From an uncultured delta proteobacterium (GTDB taxonomy: Bacteria > Myxococcota > Myxococcia > Myxococcales > Myxococcaceae), in assembly GCA_963776345.1 (NCBI GenBank), contig CAVZMH010000018.1, positions 96,001-160,000 on the forward strand: a stretch of DNA of 64,000 nucleotides, given 5' to 3'. How positions within the stretch are numbered: the stretch's first letter is position 1; every line of letters begins with the position of its first letter. Made by a program: the position numbers and the translations under genes. The notes below the pieces were generated by a model. The model searched no databases. It had not been told where the DNA came from and saw only the letters and a program-made list of their open reading frames with translations. Shown piece after piece: positions 11,507-22,893 of the stretch.

Positions 11507-11588
11507 GGGCAGATGGCGAAACTGGTAGACGCGCTGGACTTAGGATCCAGTCCCGAAAGGGGTCCGAGTTCGACTCTCGGTCTGCCCA
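11507..11588 (+). tRNA. tRNA-Leu (anticodon TAG)
   Basis: Acceptor stem GGGCAGA/TCTGCCC; D-loop with TGGTA; anticodon arm CTGGA-CTTAGGA-TCCAG; long variable arm; T arm CCGAG-TTCGACT-CTCGG. CCA not encoded. Confidence 0.95.
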
Positions 11589-11603
11589 AACCTGGGTGGT
11601 GCC

Positions 11604-11967
11604 TCAGGCGCGCCGCGAGGGACGCCCGTCCGGCGCGAGGTCCGCGCACTCGCTGGGCCAGCGCGGGTCGCGCTGCGCGGCGTGGGCCAGCACCTCCCAG
11701 CGGATCTGCCGGTACGCCGCATCCAGGCTCCTCGTCCTGACGAGGCCCCGCAGCCAGTCCCAGAAATATGTCGCGTAGAACGTCGCGAGCCCCACGCGGC
11801 GGGCCTGCGCGACGTGCTCGGCCTCGTGCCGGCGGGTGAGCGGGTCCACGTCCTTCGCCGCGTCCCGGTACAGGATGAAGAACGGCGCGAGCGTCAGCGC
11901 CGAGAAGCGCCTCAGGAACGGCAACCGGGAAGGCGGGATGGCGGTCGAGCTCGCGCACGGGGATCAC
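11604..11967 (-). CDS. Small HExxH protein (putative zincin-like; probable frameshift near 11930)
   Basis: ALTLAPFFILY...RHEAEHVAQARRVG..FY..YF....AYRQIRWEVLA. An upstream GTG (VIPVRELDRHPAF) joins the frame if one C is removed. Confidence 0.65.
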
Positions 11968-12038
11968 CTCTGCCACGGCCCGGCCCGCACGCCTGCCCGC
12001 GCCATCCATGCCCACTCGCCGCGCCACCGAAGTCCGCA

Positions 12039-12068
12039 TTGACACGGGGGGACCGGGGCTCTTAAGGC
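12039..12068 (+). promoter_or_regulatory. Candidate sigma70-type promoter of tig
   Basis: Perfect TTGACA, then 17-18 nt, then TTAAGG/TAAGGC, about 13 nt before the tig ATG. Confidence 0.5.
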
Positions 12069-12080
12069 CCTGTCCTCCCG

Positions 12081-13361
12081 ATGAAGGTCCAGGTCGAAGA
12101 GCTGTCCCCGGTGGAGCGCAAGCTCTCCATCGAGGTTCCCCCCGAGCAGGTCCAGGCCGAGCTTGGCCGGGCGTACGCCCAGCTCGGACGCCAGGTGCGC
12201 CTGCCTGGCTTCCGGCCGGGCAAGGTGCCCCGTCGGATTCTAGAGGCGAAGTTCAAGGGCGAGGTGGAGGACGACGTCGCCCGGCGGCTGGTGGAGCGGG
12301 CTTACCTCTCCGCCATCTCGGAGCACCACGTCGACGCGGTCGGCGCGCCCCAGCTCACGCCAGTGCGCCTCGACCAGGAGAAGCCATTCGCCTTCGAGGC
12401 CCGGGTCGAGGTCCGGCCGAAGGTCGAGGCCAAGGACTACCGCGGGCTCCCGCTGAAGCGAGTGCAGGCCACGGTGATCGACGCCGAGGTGGACGAGCGG
12501 CTCGAGGCCATGCGCCAGCGCGTCGCCCGGCTCGAGCCGGTGGACGGGCGCACCGCCACCGAGACCGGCGACTTCGCCATCGTCGACTACGTCGGGACCA
12601 TCGACGGCCGGCCGTTCGTGGGGAGCAAGGCCGACGACGTCACGGTCGAGGTCGCGGCCGGAGATCTCCTCCACGGCAACGTGCCCGAGCTCGCGGGCCT
12701 GGTGATCGGTCAGAGCCGGGAGCTCGACCACGCCTTCGCCGCGGACGACCCCGAGCCGAGCCGGGCCGGGAAGACCGCCCACTTCGCCTTCACCCTCAAG
12801 GGCCTGAAGCGGCAGCTGATCCCCGCGCTCGACGACGACTTCGCCAAGGAGGTCGGCGGAGGAGAGACGCTGGCCGAGCTGAAGGCAAAGGTCCGGAGCG
12901 ACCTCGAGGCGGCGGCGAGGACCCGGAGCGCGCAGGACGAGCGCGACCAGCTGGTGAAGGGTCTGGTGGAGAAGAACCCCTTCGACCTCCCCAGGGCGAT
13001 GATCGAGCGCGGGCTCGACGCGATGCTCGACGGCGCGCTGCGGATGATGGCCCGCCAGGGGGTCGATCCCTCGAGGCTCAACCTGGACTTCGCCTCGCTC
13101 CGGGAGGAGATGCGGCCCAAGGCGGAGGCGGAGGTCCGCGGAGCTTTGCTGTTGGCGGCGGTGGCGGAGAAGGAGGGACTCTCCGTCAACCCCGACGAGG
13201 TCGAGGCGCGCATTGCCCAGTATGCGACCGAGAGCGGAGCGCCCCTCCACCAGGTCCGCAAGGCCTTCAAGGAGCCGGACCAGCGCCGGGCGCTCGAGCA
13301 GCGGCTCCGGGAGGAAAAGACGGTTGAATTCTTGAAGGCCGCCGCGAAGGATGAAGGCTAG
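12081..13361 (+). CDS. tig: Trigger factor
   Basis: [10 protein letters not shown] ribosome-binding motif, FKBP-like domain, position before clpP-clpX. Confidence 0.96.
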   Translation: MKVQVEELSPVERKLSIEVPPEQVQAELGRAYAQLGRQVRLPGFRPGKVPRRILEAKFKGEVEDDVARRLVERAYLSAISEHHVDAVGAPQLTPVRLDQEKPFAFEARVEVRPKVEAKDYRGLPLKRVQATVIDAEVDERLEAMRQRVARLEPVDGRTATETGDFAIVDYVGTIDGRPFVGSKADDVTVEVAAGDLLHGNVPELAGLVIGQSRELDHAFAADDPEPSRAGKTAHFAFTLKGLKRQLIPALDDDFAKEVGGGETLAELKAKVRSDLEAAARTRSAQDERDQLVKGLVEKNPFDLPRAMIERGLDAMLDGALRMMARQGVDPSRLNLDFASLREEMRPKAEAEVRGALLLAAVAEKEGLSVNPDEVEARIAQYATESGAPLHQVRKAFKEPDQRRALEQRLREEKTVEFLKAAAKDEG

Positions 13362-13372
13362 GAGTTCCCGAG

Positions 13373-13993
13373 ATGCCTCTCATCCCCTATGTCATCGAGC
13401 AGACCCACCGCGGCGAGCGCTCGTACGACATCTACAGCCGCCTCCTGAAGGACCGGATCATCCTCCTGGGGACCGAGATCCACGACGAGCTGGCCAACGT
13501 CATCGTGGCCCAGATGCTGTTCCTCGAGTCCGAGGACCCGGACAAGGACATCAACCTCTACATCAACTCGCCGGGCGGCTCGGTCACCGCGGGGATGGCC
13601 ATCTACGACACCATGCAGTACGTGCGGCCGGCGGTGTCCACCATCTGCGTGGGTCAGGCGGCGTCGATGGGAGCGGTGCTGCTGCTGGCCGGGGCCAAGG
13701 GCAAGCGCCAGGCGCTGCCCAACGCGCGGATCATGATCCACCAGCCCATGGGCGGCGCGCAGGGCCAGGCGACGGACATCGAGATCCAGGCCAGGGAGAT
13801 CCTCCGGATGAAGGGCCGGCTGAACGAGATCATCGCCCGGCACACCGGCCAGCCCCTGGAGCGGGTCGAGAAGGACAGCGACCGCGACTACTTCATGGGC
13901 GCCCAGGAGGCGCGGGCATATGGCATCGTGGACGAGGTGGTCTCGGTGAACCGGAAGAGCCTCAAGCCCGCGGAAGAGCGGCGCGATCGCTGA
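13373..13993 (+). CDS. clpP: ATP-dependent Clp protease proteolytic subunit
   Basis: [40 protein letters not shown]. Confidence 0.98.
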   Translation: MPLIPYVIEQTHRGERSYDIYSRLLKDRIILLGTEIHDELANVIVAQMLFLESEDPDKDINLYINSPGGSVTAGMAIYDTMQYVRPAVSTICVGQAASMGAVLLLAGAKGKRQALPNARIMIHQPMGGAQGQATDIEIQAREILRMKGRLNEIIARHTGQPLERVEKDSDRDYFMGAQEARAYGIVDEVVSVNRKSLKPAEERRDR

Positions 13994-14078
13994 ACTTGCC
14001 CCGGGGCGGGCTGCATCCCGGCGCCACCGGCTGTTAAGAACGAAAAAGCGGGACTAGATTCGGCAGTCGAGGGCTTCG

Positions 14079-15350
14079 ATGGCAGGGAAGAACGTGGAGA
14101 AGTCCAACCAGACCCTGAACTGCTCCTTCTGCGGCAAGTCGCAGAAGGAGGTGAAGAAGCTCATCGCTGGGCCCACGGTCTACATCTGCGACGAGTGCAT
14201 CGGCCTCTGCAACGACATCATCGCCGAGGAGATCGACCGGGAGGAGACCAAGGACACCAAGCTCCGCATCCCCCGGCCGAGCGAGATCAAGTCGATCCTC
14301 GACGAGTACGTGATCGGGCAGGAGCGGGCGAAGAAGGTCCTCGCGGTCGCGGTCCACAACCACTACAAGCGCATCGAGTCCAAGGTCGCGATGGACGACG
14401 TGGAGCTGCAGAAGAGCAACATCCTTCTGCTCGGCCCCACCGGCAGCGGCAAGACGCTCCTCGCCCAGACCCTGGCCCGCATCCTCAACGTCCCCTTCAC
14501 CATCGCCGACGCCACCTGCCTCACCGAGGCCGGCTACGTGGGCGAGGACGTGGAGAACATCATCGTCAACCTGCTCCAGGCCGCCGACCACGACATCGAG
14601 CGCGCCCAGCGGGGCATCGTCTACATCGACGAGATCGACAAGATCGCCCGGAAGAGCGAGAACCCGAGCATCACCCGCGACGTCTCCGGCGAGGGCGTGC
14701 AGCAGGCCCTGCTCAAGATCATCGAGGGCACGGTGGCCAACGTCCCGCCCAAGGGCGGACGGAAGCACCCCCAGCAGGAGTTCCTGCAGGTCGACACCAC
14801 CAACATCCTCTTCATCTGCGGCGGCGCCTTCGGCGGGCTGGACCAGATCATCGAGCGGCGGCTCGGTGGGCGGTCGCTCGGCTTCGGGGCGGACATCAGG
14901 GAGAAGAAGCAGCGGAACCTGAGCGAGCTGCTCCAGCACGTCGAGCCGGAGGATCTGCTCAAGTTCGGGATGATCCCCGAGTTCATCGGGCGGCTCCCCA
15001 TCGTCACCGCGCTGGAGGAGCTGGACGAGGGCGCGCTGACCAGCATCCTCAGCCAGCCGAAGAACGCGCTGGTGAAGCAGTACCGGAAGCTGTTCGACCT
15101 CGACGGGGTCGCGCTCAAGTTCACCGACGGGGCGCTGAAGGCCATCGCCTCCGAGGCGATCCGCCGCAAGGCCGGCGCGCGCGGGCTCCGCTCCATCCTC
15201 GAGAGCGCGATGCTGGACGTGATGTACGACATCCCGTCCCAGAAGACCGCGCGCGAGGTGGTGATCTCCGAGGAGGTCATCCTCAAGAAGAGCGAGCCGG
15301 TCATCCTGCACGCCACCGACAAGGAAGAGCTGCAGAAGGAATCGGCCTGA
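14079..15350 (+). CDS. clpX: Clp protease ATP-binding subunit ClpX
   Basis: Zinc finger CSFC...[27 protein letters not shown] loop. Confidence 0.98.
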   Translation: MAGKNVEKSNQTLNCSFCGKSQKEVKKLIAGPTVYICDECIGLCNDIIAEEIDREETKDTKLRIPRPSEIKSILDEYVIGQERAKKVLAVAVHNHYKRIESKVAMDDVELQKSNILLLGPTGSGKTLLAQTLARILNVPFTIADATCLTEAGYVGEDVENIIVNLLQAADHDIERAQRGIVYIDEIDKIARKSENPSITRDVSGEGVQQALLKIIEGTVANVPPKGGRKHPQQEFLQVDTTNILFICGGAFGGLDQIIERRLGGRSLGFGADIREKKQRNLSELLQHVEPEDLLKFGMIPEFIGRLPIVTALEELDEGALTSILSQPKNALVKQYRKLFDLDGVALKFTDGALKAIASEAIRRKAGARGLRSILESAMLDVMYDIPSQKTAREVVISEEVILKKSEPVILHATDKEELQKESA

Positions 15351-15352
15351 GC

Positions 15353-15799
15353 GTGGCGGTCGGGCTCCGCGCCCGGCTCCTGTCCGAGCTCGAGCGGTAC
15401 CTCCCGGAGGAGTCGCTCCGGTCCTTCGCCTCCGGCGAGGCGCTCACCCCCTCCATGCTCGCCGACCGGGCCGTCCGCTCGCTCGCCGCGCGCGCCCTCG
15501 AGGTACGCCAGGCCACCGACGCGTCCTCGCGCATCCGGGCGCTTCCCGCCATCGGGGGCGCGGAGGTGGCGCGAGACATCATGCCCGCGCTGGAGCGCAT
15601 CGGCCGGGCGACGGACGCGCCGGCCGACCTCATCCGCCCTGCCTCCCAGACCGCGGGAGCGCTCCTCCGGCTGGAGAGCCCCGGGGGCGAGGACGCCGGC
15701 ACCGAGCAGCTCCTCGCCGCGGTGGTTCGCCTGGCGGCGGTGTCGGTCCGCTCGGGGCTCCCGGCCGGCGAGGTCCTCCGGCTCCTCCTCGAGGCCTGA
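15353..15799 (+). CDS. Hypothetical protein (148 aa, helical)
   Basis: GTG 2 nt after the clpX stop; GC3-rich codon pattern; no motif recognised. Confidence 0.6.
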   Translation: MAVGLRARLLSELERYLPEESLRSFASGEALTPSMLADRAVRSLAARALEVRQATDASSRIRALPAIGGAEVARDIMPALERIGRATDAPADLIRPASQTAGALLRLESPGGEDAGTEQLLAAVVRLAAVSVRSGLPAGEVLRLLLEA

Positions 15800-15972
15800 G
15801 GCGCGCCGCGGGGCGCCCGCTCGGTGCCGCGCCGCCGTCGGCTTCCACTGCTTCGACGCATTGCGTCCGGACGGAGACCCGGCTGCAGCCCCCGGTTTCG
15901 CTGGACAGAGCACGCGTCCTCGGGTCCGCTCTGCCCAGGCCGTGCCGAAGCGGGCGCGCCCAGGGGGAGATC

Positions 15973-16458
15973 ATGCGACGGCTGCTCTCGTCTGCGCTGG
16001 CCGCGGGCTGCGCGCTGGCGTGCAGTCACGGCTCGGACGCGGTCGCGCCCTCGCCACAGGCGTCGTCCGAGTCCGTTCGCGCGGCGATCGCCGCGAACAA
16101 CGCCGAGTTCGCGCGGGCGATCAAGGCGAAGGACACGGCCGCGCTGACCCATCTCTTCACCGAGGACGGGATCCTCATCTCGCCCGGGGGCGGCTTCGTG
16201 AAGGGTTGGGCGGCGCTCGAGCCGCTTTGGGTCGATCGCCTCTCCAAGGCCACGTTCCTCGACGGGGGCATCACCACCGAGGCGCTCGAGATCCGCGGCG
16301 ACATCGCCGTCGAGGCCGCGCGGTTCGCCTGGACGATCCAGCGCGGCGACGCGGCGCCAGTCGCTCGCACCGGCCGGGCGCTCACGGTGTGGCAGCGTGG
16401 GACGGACGGGCGGTGGCGGATGCTCGCCGATCACCCGGAGTACGACCCGCTCAAGTGA
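15973..16458 (+). CDS. SnoaL/NTF2-like (DUF4440) lipoprotein
   Basis: Lipobox ALAC; AIAANNAEFARA...LFTEDG...WQRGTDGRWRM; RBS GGAGA. Confidence 0.8.
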   Translation: MRRLLSSALAAGCALACSHGSDAVAPSPQASSESVRAAIAANNAEFARAIKAKDTAALTHLFTEDGILISPGGGFVKGWAALEPLWVDRLSKATFLDGGITTEALEIRGDIAVEAARFAWTIQRGDAAPVARTGRALTVWQRGTDGRWRMLADHPEYDPLK

Positions 16459-16515
16459 GGCGCGCGCCGAGAACGGGTTGCGCGATCGACCGACGGACGG
16501 CGGCTCTCCGGCGCC

Positions 16516-16791
16516 TCAGCGGCGGATTGGCACGGGCGGCGCGAGGTCGGAGGTCGCTGCCACCGTGGCGCCGGTCGAGAGATCCTTCACCTCGTGCTCC
16601 AGCGCCTCGATGCGCATCTTCAGCCCCTCGAGGTCCCCGGGACGCGCGCCCTGGCCCTTGCCGGCGACCAGCGCGTCCACCACCGGCCGCGCGGCGAAGC
16701 GAATCGCCAGGCCGAGCACCGGGATGAGCACCAGCAGCGACCCCATGATCGCCGCCACCATCTGCACCAGATCGATGGGCAGGGTATCCAT
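16516..16791 (-). CDS. Small TM + coiled-coil protein (paralog 2)
   Basis: LPIDLVQMVA..TM..RFAARPVVDAL...RIEALEHEV. Confidence 0.75.
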   Translation of the reverse strand: MDTLPIDLVQMVAAIMGSLLVLIPVLGLAIRFAARPVVDALVAGKGQGARPGDLEGLKMRIEALEHEVKDLSTGATVAATSDLAPPVPIRR

Positions 16792-16812
16792 CGCTCGCTC
16801 GACGCTCGTCGG

Positions 16813-17103
16813 CTAGCGCCGCAGGCGCAGCGCGCTCCCGGGCTCCAGGGCCGGAGCGCCCGAGCCCTGGGTCGCGCGCAGCCGGAGCACCTCCTGCTCC
16901 AGCTCCAGCACCCGGCGGCCGAGCACCTCCAGCTCCCTGGCCGGCGCGCCGTTCTCCCGCAGCTTCCCGAGCGCCTCCACCAGCGGCTTGGCCGCGAAGC
17001 GCATGGTGATGCCCACCACGAAGATCAGCGGAATCATGCAGCCCAGGGCCACCGCGACCAGCTGGGTCACGTCGACCGGCAGGAACTCGACTCCAAGCGG
17101 CAT
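16813..17103 (-). CDS. Small TM + coiled-coil protein (paralog 1)
   Basis: Strong [32 protein letters not shown]...RVLELEQEV. Confidence 0.75.
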   Translation of the reverse strand: MPLGVEFLPVDVTQLVAVALGCMIPLIFVVGITMRFAAKPLVEALGKLRENGAPARELEVLGRRVLELEQEVLRLRATQGSGAPALEPGSALRLRR

Positions 17104-17345
17104 CGGACGGTGTCTCCTTCCCCCGCCACACGGGCGCGCCGGGAAACGATTGCACACATCGGAGCCCCGCGGGGCCGATTGGACCGCAGGGTGGGGCGTG
17201 AGCTGCCCCCGGAGGCGAGGGCCCCGAAAGCAGCGGGGTAGGGCCCGAGGGTGTATCCTCCCAGGCCACCAAAGGACGGCCCGTGCCCCGGTCGCCTCCG
17301 GGGTCCGGTGGTGACTCCCCCCCCGGGCCGTAGACACGTCGACAC

Positions 17346-19802
<2,457 letters not shown>

Positions 19803-19849
19803 GGAGGGGCCCCGGCGCAGCGGCGCTCCTGCTAACGTCGGTTTCGGCG

Positions 19850-20872
19850 TTAGGTGCAGTCGAACAGGATCTTCCCCACGTTCTTGTGTTCGTGCATCCG
19901 CCGATGCGCCGCCACGCCCTCGGCCAGCGGGAACACCTGGTCGATGCGCGAGTGCACCTTGCCCTCTCGCCACAGCTCCATCAGCGCGTCCAGCGTGGCT
20001 CGCATCATCGGCGCCTCGCCCCAGAGGTGGCCCACGTTCACCCCGGAGACGGTGATGTTCTTTCCCATCAGCTCGAGCGCATTCCAGCGCTTCATCGTCG
20101 CCAGCCCGCCGGCGACCTTCAGGAGATTCCGTGACTCGCCCGAGGTCGCGTTCGCCCACCCGAAGCAGATGAGGTGACCGACCGGCGCGAGCACCGAGGA
20201 GTCCCGCGCCCACTCGGGGCCGCCGAGCGCGTCCAGCACCATGTCCACCCCCCGTCCGCCGGTGAGGCGCTTCACCTCCTCGACGTAGTCCTGCGTCCGG
20301 TAGTCGATGGGGTGGTCCACCCCCGCTTCCCGGAGCACCGGGTGCTTCGAGGCCGAGGACGTCCCGAAGATCGTCACCCCACCGATGGCCCGGGCCAGCG
20401 CGATCGCCGCCAGGCCCACGCCCCCGGCAGCCATGTGCACCAGGAGCGTCATGCCGGGACGCAGTCTCCCCACGCGGTGCAGCATGTGGTGGGCCGTCAG
20501 CCAGTTGACCGGGAGCGCCGCGGCCTGGTCGAGGTCCATTCCCTCGGGCAGAGGGAGCACGTACCGCGCGTCGGCCAGCGCGTGCGTCGCCTGGCCACCG
20601 AACCTGGTCATGGCCACCACCCGGGTGCCGACCGGCGGCCCGCTCACTCCCTCGCCGAGGGCGGCCACCGTCCCGCTCACCTCGTACCCCATCACCATCG
20701 GCGGACGGGGTGCGTCCGGGTACAGGCCGACCCGCGCGCTCACGTCCGCGAAGTTCAGCCCTGCCCGCGCGACCCGGATGCACGCCTGTCCAGGGCCCGG
20801 CACCGGGTCCGGCACCTCCCGGACGGCGAGCACCTCCGGGAGACCGTACCGGGTGATGGTCAGCGCACGCAT
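19850..20872 (-). CDS. MDR-family NADPH oxidoreductase (VAT-1-like)
   Basis: GLNFAD..ARVGLYP, GYEVSG, HMAAGGVG, KNVGKI. Confidence 0.88.
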   Translation of the reverse strand: MRALTITRYGLPEVLAVREVPDPVPGPGQACIRVARAGLNFADVSARVGLYPDAPRPPMVMGYEVSGTVAALGEGVSGPPVGTRVVAMTRFGGQATHALADARYVLPLPEGMDLDQAAALPVNWLTAHHMLHRVGRLRPGMTLLVHMAAGGVGLAAIALARAIGGVTIFGTSSASKHPVLREAGVDHPIDYRTQDYVEEVKRLTGGRGVDMVLDALGGPEWARDSSVLAPVGHLICFGWANATSGESRNLLKVAGGLATMKRWNALELMGKNITVSGVNVGHLWGEAPMMRATLDALMELWREGKVHSRIDQVFPLAEGVAAHRRMHEHKNVGKILFDCT

Positions 20873-20925
20873 GCGGGGGCTCCTAGCACACGCCCTGGGC
20901 CGGGCGAGTTGGTAAGGTCGGCGAG

Positions 20926-21486
20926 GTGGAGACGCTCGCTCCAGGATTTCTGATCGCCATGCCCCAGCTCGGCGACCCCAACTTCCACCGGGCGGTGGTG
21001 TTCGTCTTCGAGCACGGCCCCGAGGGCGCGCGAGGCCTGGTCCTCAACCGGCCAGGCCCCTTCACCCTGAGCCAGGTCGCCGAGGGGCAGATCGTGGACG
21101 GGCAGCCCCTGTCCGTCGCCTCCCACCTGGCCTCGCAGAAGATCTTCGTCGGTGGCCCGGTCGAGCCCCAGCGGGGGTTCGTCCTTCACGACCGCACCGC
21201 GTTGGACGACAAGCAGCCCATCTCCGACGGCCTCTTCCTCTCGGAGACCGTGAACGCGCTCAAGGTCCTCCTCGCCGACTCCGACGGGAACATCCGCTTC
21301 TACCTGGGCTACAGCGGCTGGGGCCCCGGCCAGCTCGAGCGCGAGCTCGCCGCCGGCGCCTGGCTCTTCACCGAGGCCGCCCCCGCCGCCGTCCTCGGCG
21401 GCTCGCCTCAGACCCTGTGGGGCGACACCCTGCGCACGCTCGGCGTGGACCCGGCCATGCTCCAGCCGGGAGGAGGAATGAACTGA
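20926..21486 (+). CDS. YqgE/AlgH family protein
   Basis: FLIAMPQLGDPNF, GLVLNRP, GGPV, LGYSGWGPGQLERE..GAW. Confidence 0.92.
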   Translation: METLAPGFLIAMPQLGDPNFHRAVVFVFEHGPEGARGLVLNRPGPFTLSQVAEGQIVDGQPLSVASHLASQKIFVGGPVEPQRGFVLHDRTALDDKQPISDGLFLSETVNALKVLLADSDGNIRFYLGYSGWGPGQLERELAAGAWLFTEAAPAAVLGGSPQTLWGDTLRTLGVDPAMLQPGGGMN

Positions 21487-21749
21487 TGCTGGACCCTGCC
21501 GTCCTCGAGTCGCGCATCAAGGGCGCCCTGCCCGACGCCCAGGTCACCATCCGGGACCTCACCGGGACCGGAGACCACTTCGAGGCCCGGGTCGTCTCCC
21601 GGGCCTTCGAGGGCAAGAGCATGGTGGACCAGCACGCCGCGGTGTACGCCCCGCTTCAGGACCTCCTGGACTCGGGCGAGCTGCACGCCCTGGCGTTAAG
21701 GACCTACTCCCCCGAGCAGTGGAAGAAGCTCGGAGCCCCGAGGACCTGA
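21486..21749 (+). CDS. BolA/IbaG family protein
   Basis: DLTGTGDHFEARVVSRAFEG..VDQH..VY...LHALALRT. Confidence 0.92.
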   Translation: MLDPAVLESRIKGALPDAQVTIRDLTGTGDHFEARVVSRAFEGKSMVDQHAAVYAPLQDLLDSGELHALALRTYSPEQWKKLGAPRT

Positions 21750-21753
21750 ACGA

Positions 21754-22077
21754 ATGACCCCCGATCTCAAGGCGCGCTTCGACCGGGAGATCCAGTCGCA
21801 CCCGGTCGTGATCTTCATGAAGGGCAACCCGCTCTTCCCTCGCTGCGGCTTCAGCGCCGCCGCGGTGCAGATCCTCCAGTCCTACGGCCCGGTGCACGGG
21901 GTGGACGTGCTCGCCGACCCCGACGTGCGCGATGGCATCAAGGAGTACACCCGCTGGCCCACCATTCCCCAGGTGTTCATCCACGGGAAGTTCGTGGGGG
22001 GCTCGGACATCGTCCGTGAGCTCGAGGAGCGCGGCGAGCTGAAGGCGCTCATCGACGGCCAGGCCTCGGCGACCTGA
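21754..22077 (+). CDS. grxD: Monothiol glutaredoxin Grx4
   Basis: FMKG...PRCGFS, WPTIPQ, GGSD. Confidence 0.95.
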   Translation: MTPDLKARFDREIQSHPVVIFMKGNPLFPRCGFSAAAVQILQSYGPVHGVDVLADPDVRDGIKEYTRWPTIPQVFIHGKFVGGSDIVRELEERGELKALIDGQASAT

Positions 22078-22080
22078 GCC

Positions 22081-22893
22081 GTGAGCGAGGACGAGAAGCA
22101 GCCCCCCGCACCAGGGGGACGCCTGACGAGCGGCGCAGAGGCGCCGCGCGACGAGGCTCAGCCCCCCGCACCAGGGGGACGCCTGACGAGCGGCGCAGAG
22201 GCGCCGCACGACGAAGCTCAGCGGCGCATCGTCGAGGCGCGGATGAAGCTCCGCGGCCGCTTCCTCGACAAGATGAGGTCCACCCCGGCCGCCTCCGACG
22301 GGAATCCGCTGGGGAGCGGTCCGCCCAACCGACACGGGATGCCGCAGGTGCCCGTCGGGCAGCATGTCACCGACGGCTGGCCGGTCCTCGACCTCGGCAC
22401 CAAGCCCGACATCTCCACCGACCGCTGGACCCTCCGCGTCGACGGCGCGGTCGAGGCGCCCCTCACGCTCGGGTGGAAGGACTTCCTCGCCCTGCCGCAA
22501 GTGACCGAGGTGAGCGACTTCCACTGCGTCACCACCTGGTCGAAGCTCGACGTCGAGTGGAAGGGGGTGGCGTTCGCCACCGTCGCCGCCCTGGTGCGGC
22601 CGCTCCCCACGGCCACCCACGTCCTGGTGCACGGCCACGACGGCTACACCGCCAACCTTCCGCTGGAGGAAGCGCTGAAGGACGACGTGCTCCTGGTGCA
22701 CACCGCGGAGGGCCGGCCGCTCCCCCGGGAGCACGGCGGGCCGGTGCGGATGATCACGCCGCAGCTGTACGCTTGGAAGGGCTCCAAGTGGATCAAGCGC
22801 CTCGAGATCCTCACCCATGACCGACCCGGCTTCTGGGAGACCCGCGGCTACAGCAACACCGCCCATCCCTGGCGGGACGACCGCTACTCCTGA
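22081..22893 (+). CDS. Sulfite-oxidase-family molybdopterin oxidoreductase (MsrP/YedY-like, no Tat signal seen)
   Basis: WPVLDLG, DFHCVTTWS (Mo-ligand Cys), EHGGPVR, YAWKGSKW, GFWE.RGY. Confidence 0.9.
   Translation: MSEDEKQPPAPGGRLTSGAEAPRDEAQPPAPGGRLTSGAEAPHDEAQRRIVEARMKLRGRFLDKMRSTPAASDGNPLGSGPPNRHGMPQVPVGQHVTDGWPVLDLGTKPDISTDRWTLRVDGAVEAPLTLGWKDFLALPQVTEVSDFHCVTTWSKLDVEWKGVAFATVAALVRPLPTATHVLVHGHDGYTANLPLEEALKDDVLLVHTAEGRPLPREHGGPVRMITPQLYAWKGSKWIKRLEILTHDRPGFWETRGYSNTAHPWRDDRYS
22099..22218 (+). repeat. Two tandem 60-bp copies of a doubly palindromic element, in frame
   Basis: CAGCCCCCCGCACCAGGGGGACGCCTGACGAGCGGCGCAGAGGCGCCGCRCGACGARGCT twice, with 2 mismatches between copies. Confidence 0.95.

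Noticed and set aside
11507..11620. Integrative element at tRNA-Leu
   Set aside because: No integrase and no duplicated tRNA 3' end noticed in the window.
17141..17154. Sigma54 promoter for lon (GGGAAACGATTGCA)
   Set aside because: GG-to-GC spacing is 9, not the required 10.
22099..22218. CRISPR array
   Set aside because: Only two directly adjacent units, no spacers, no cas genes, and located within a CDS.
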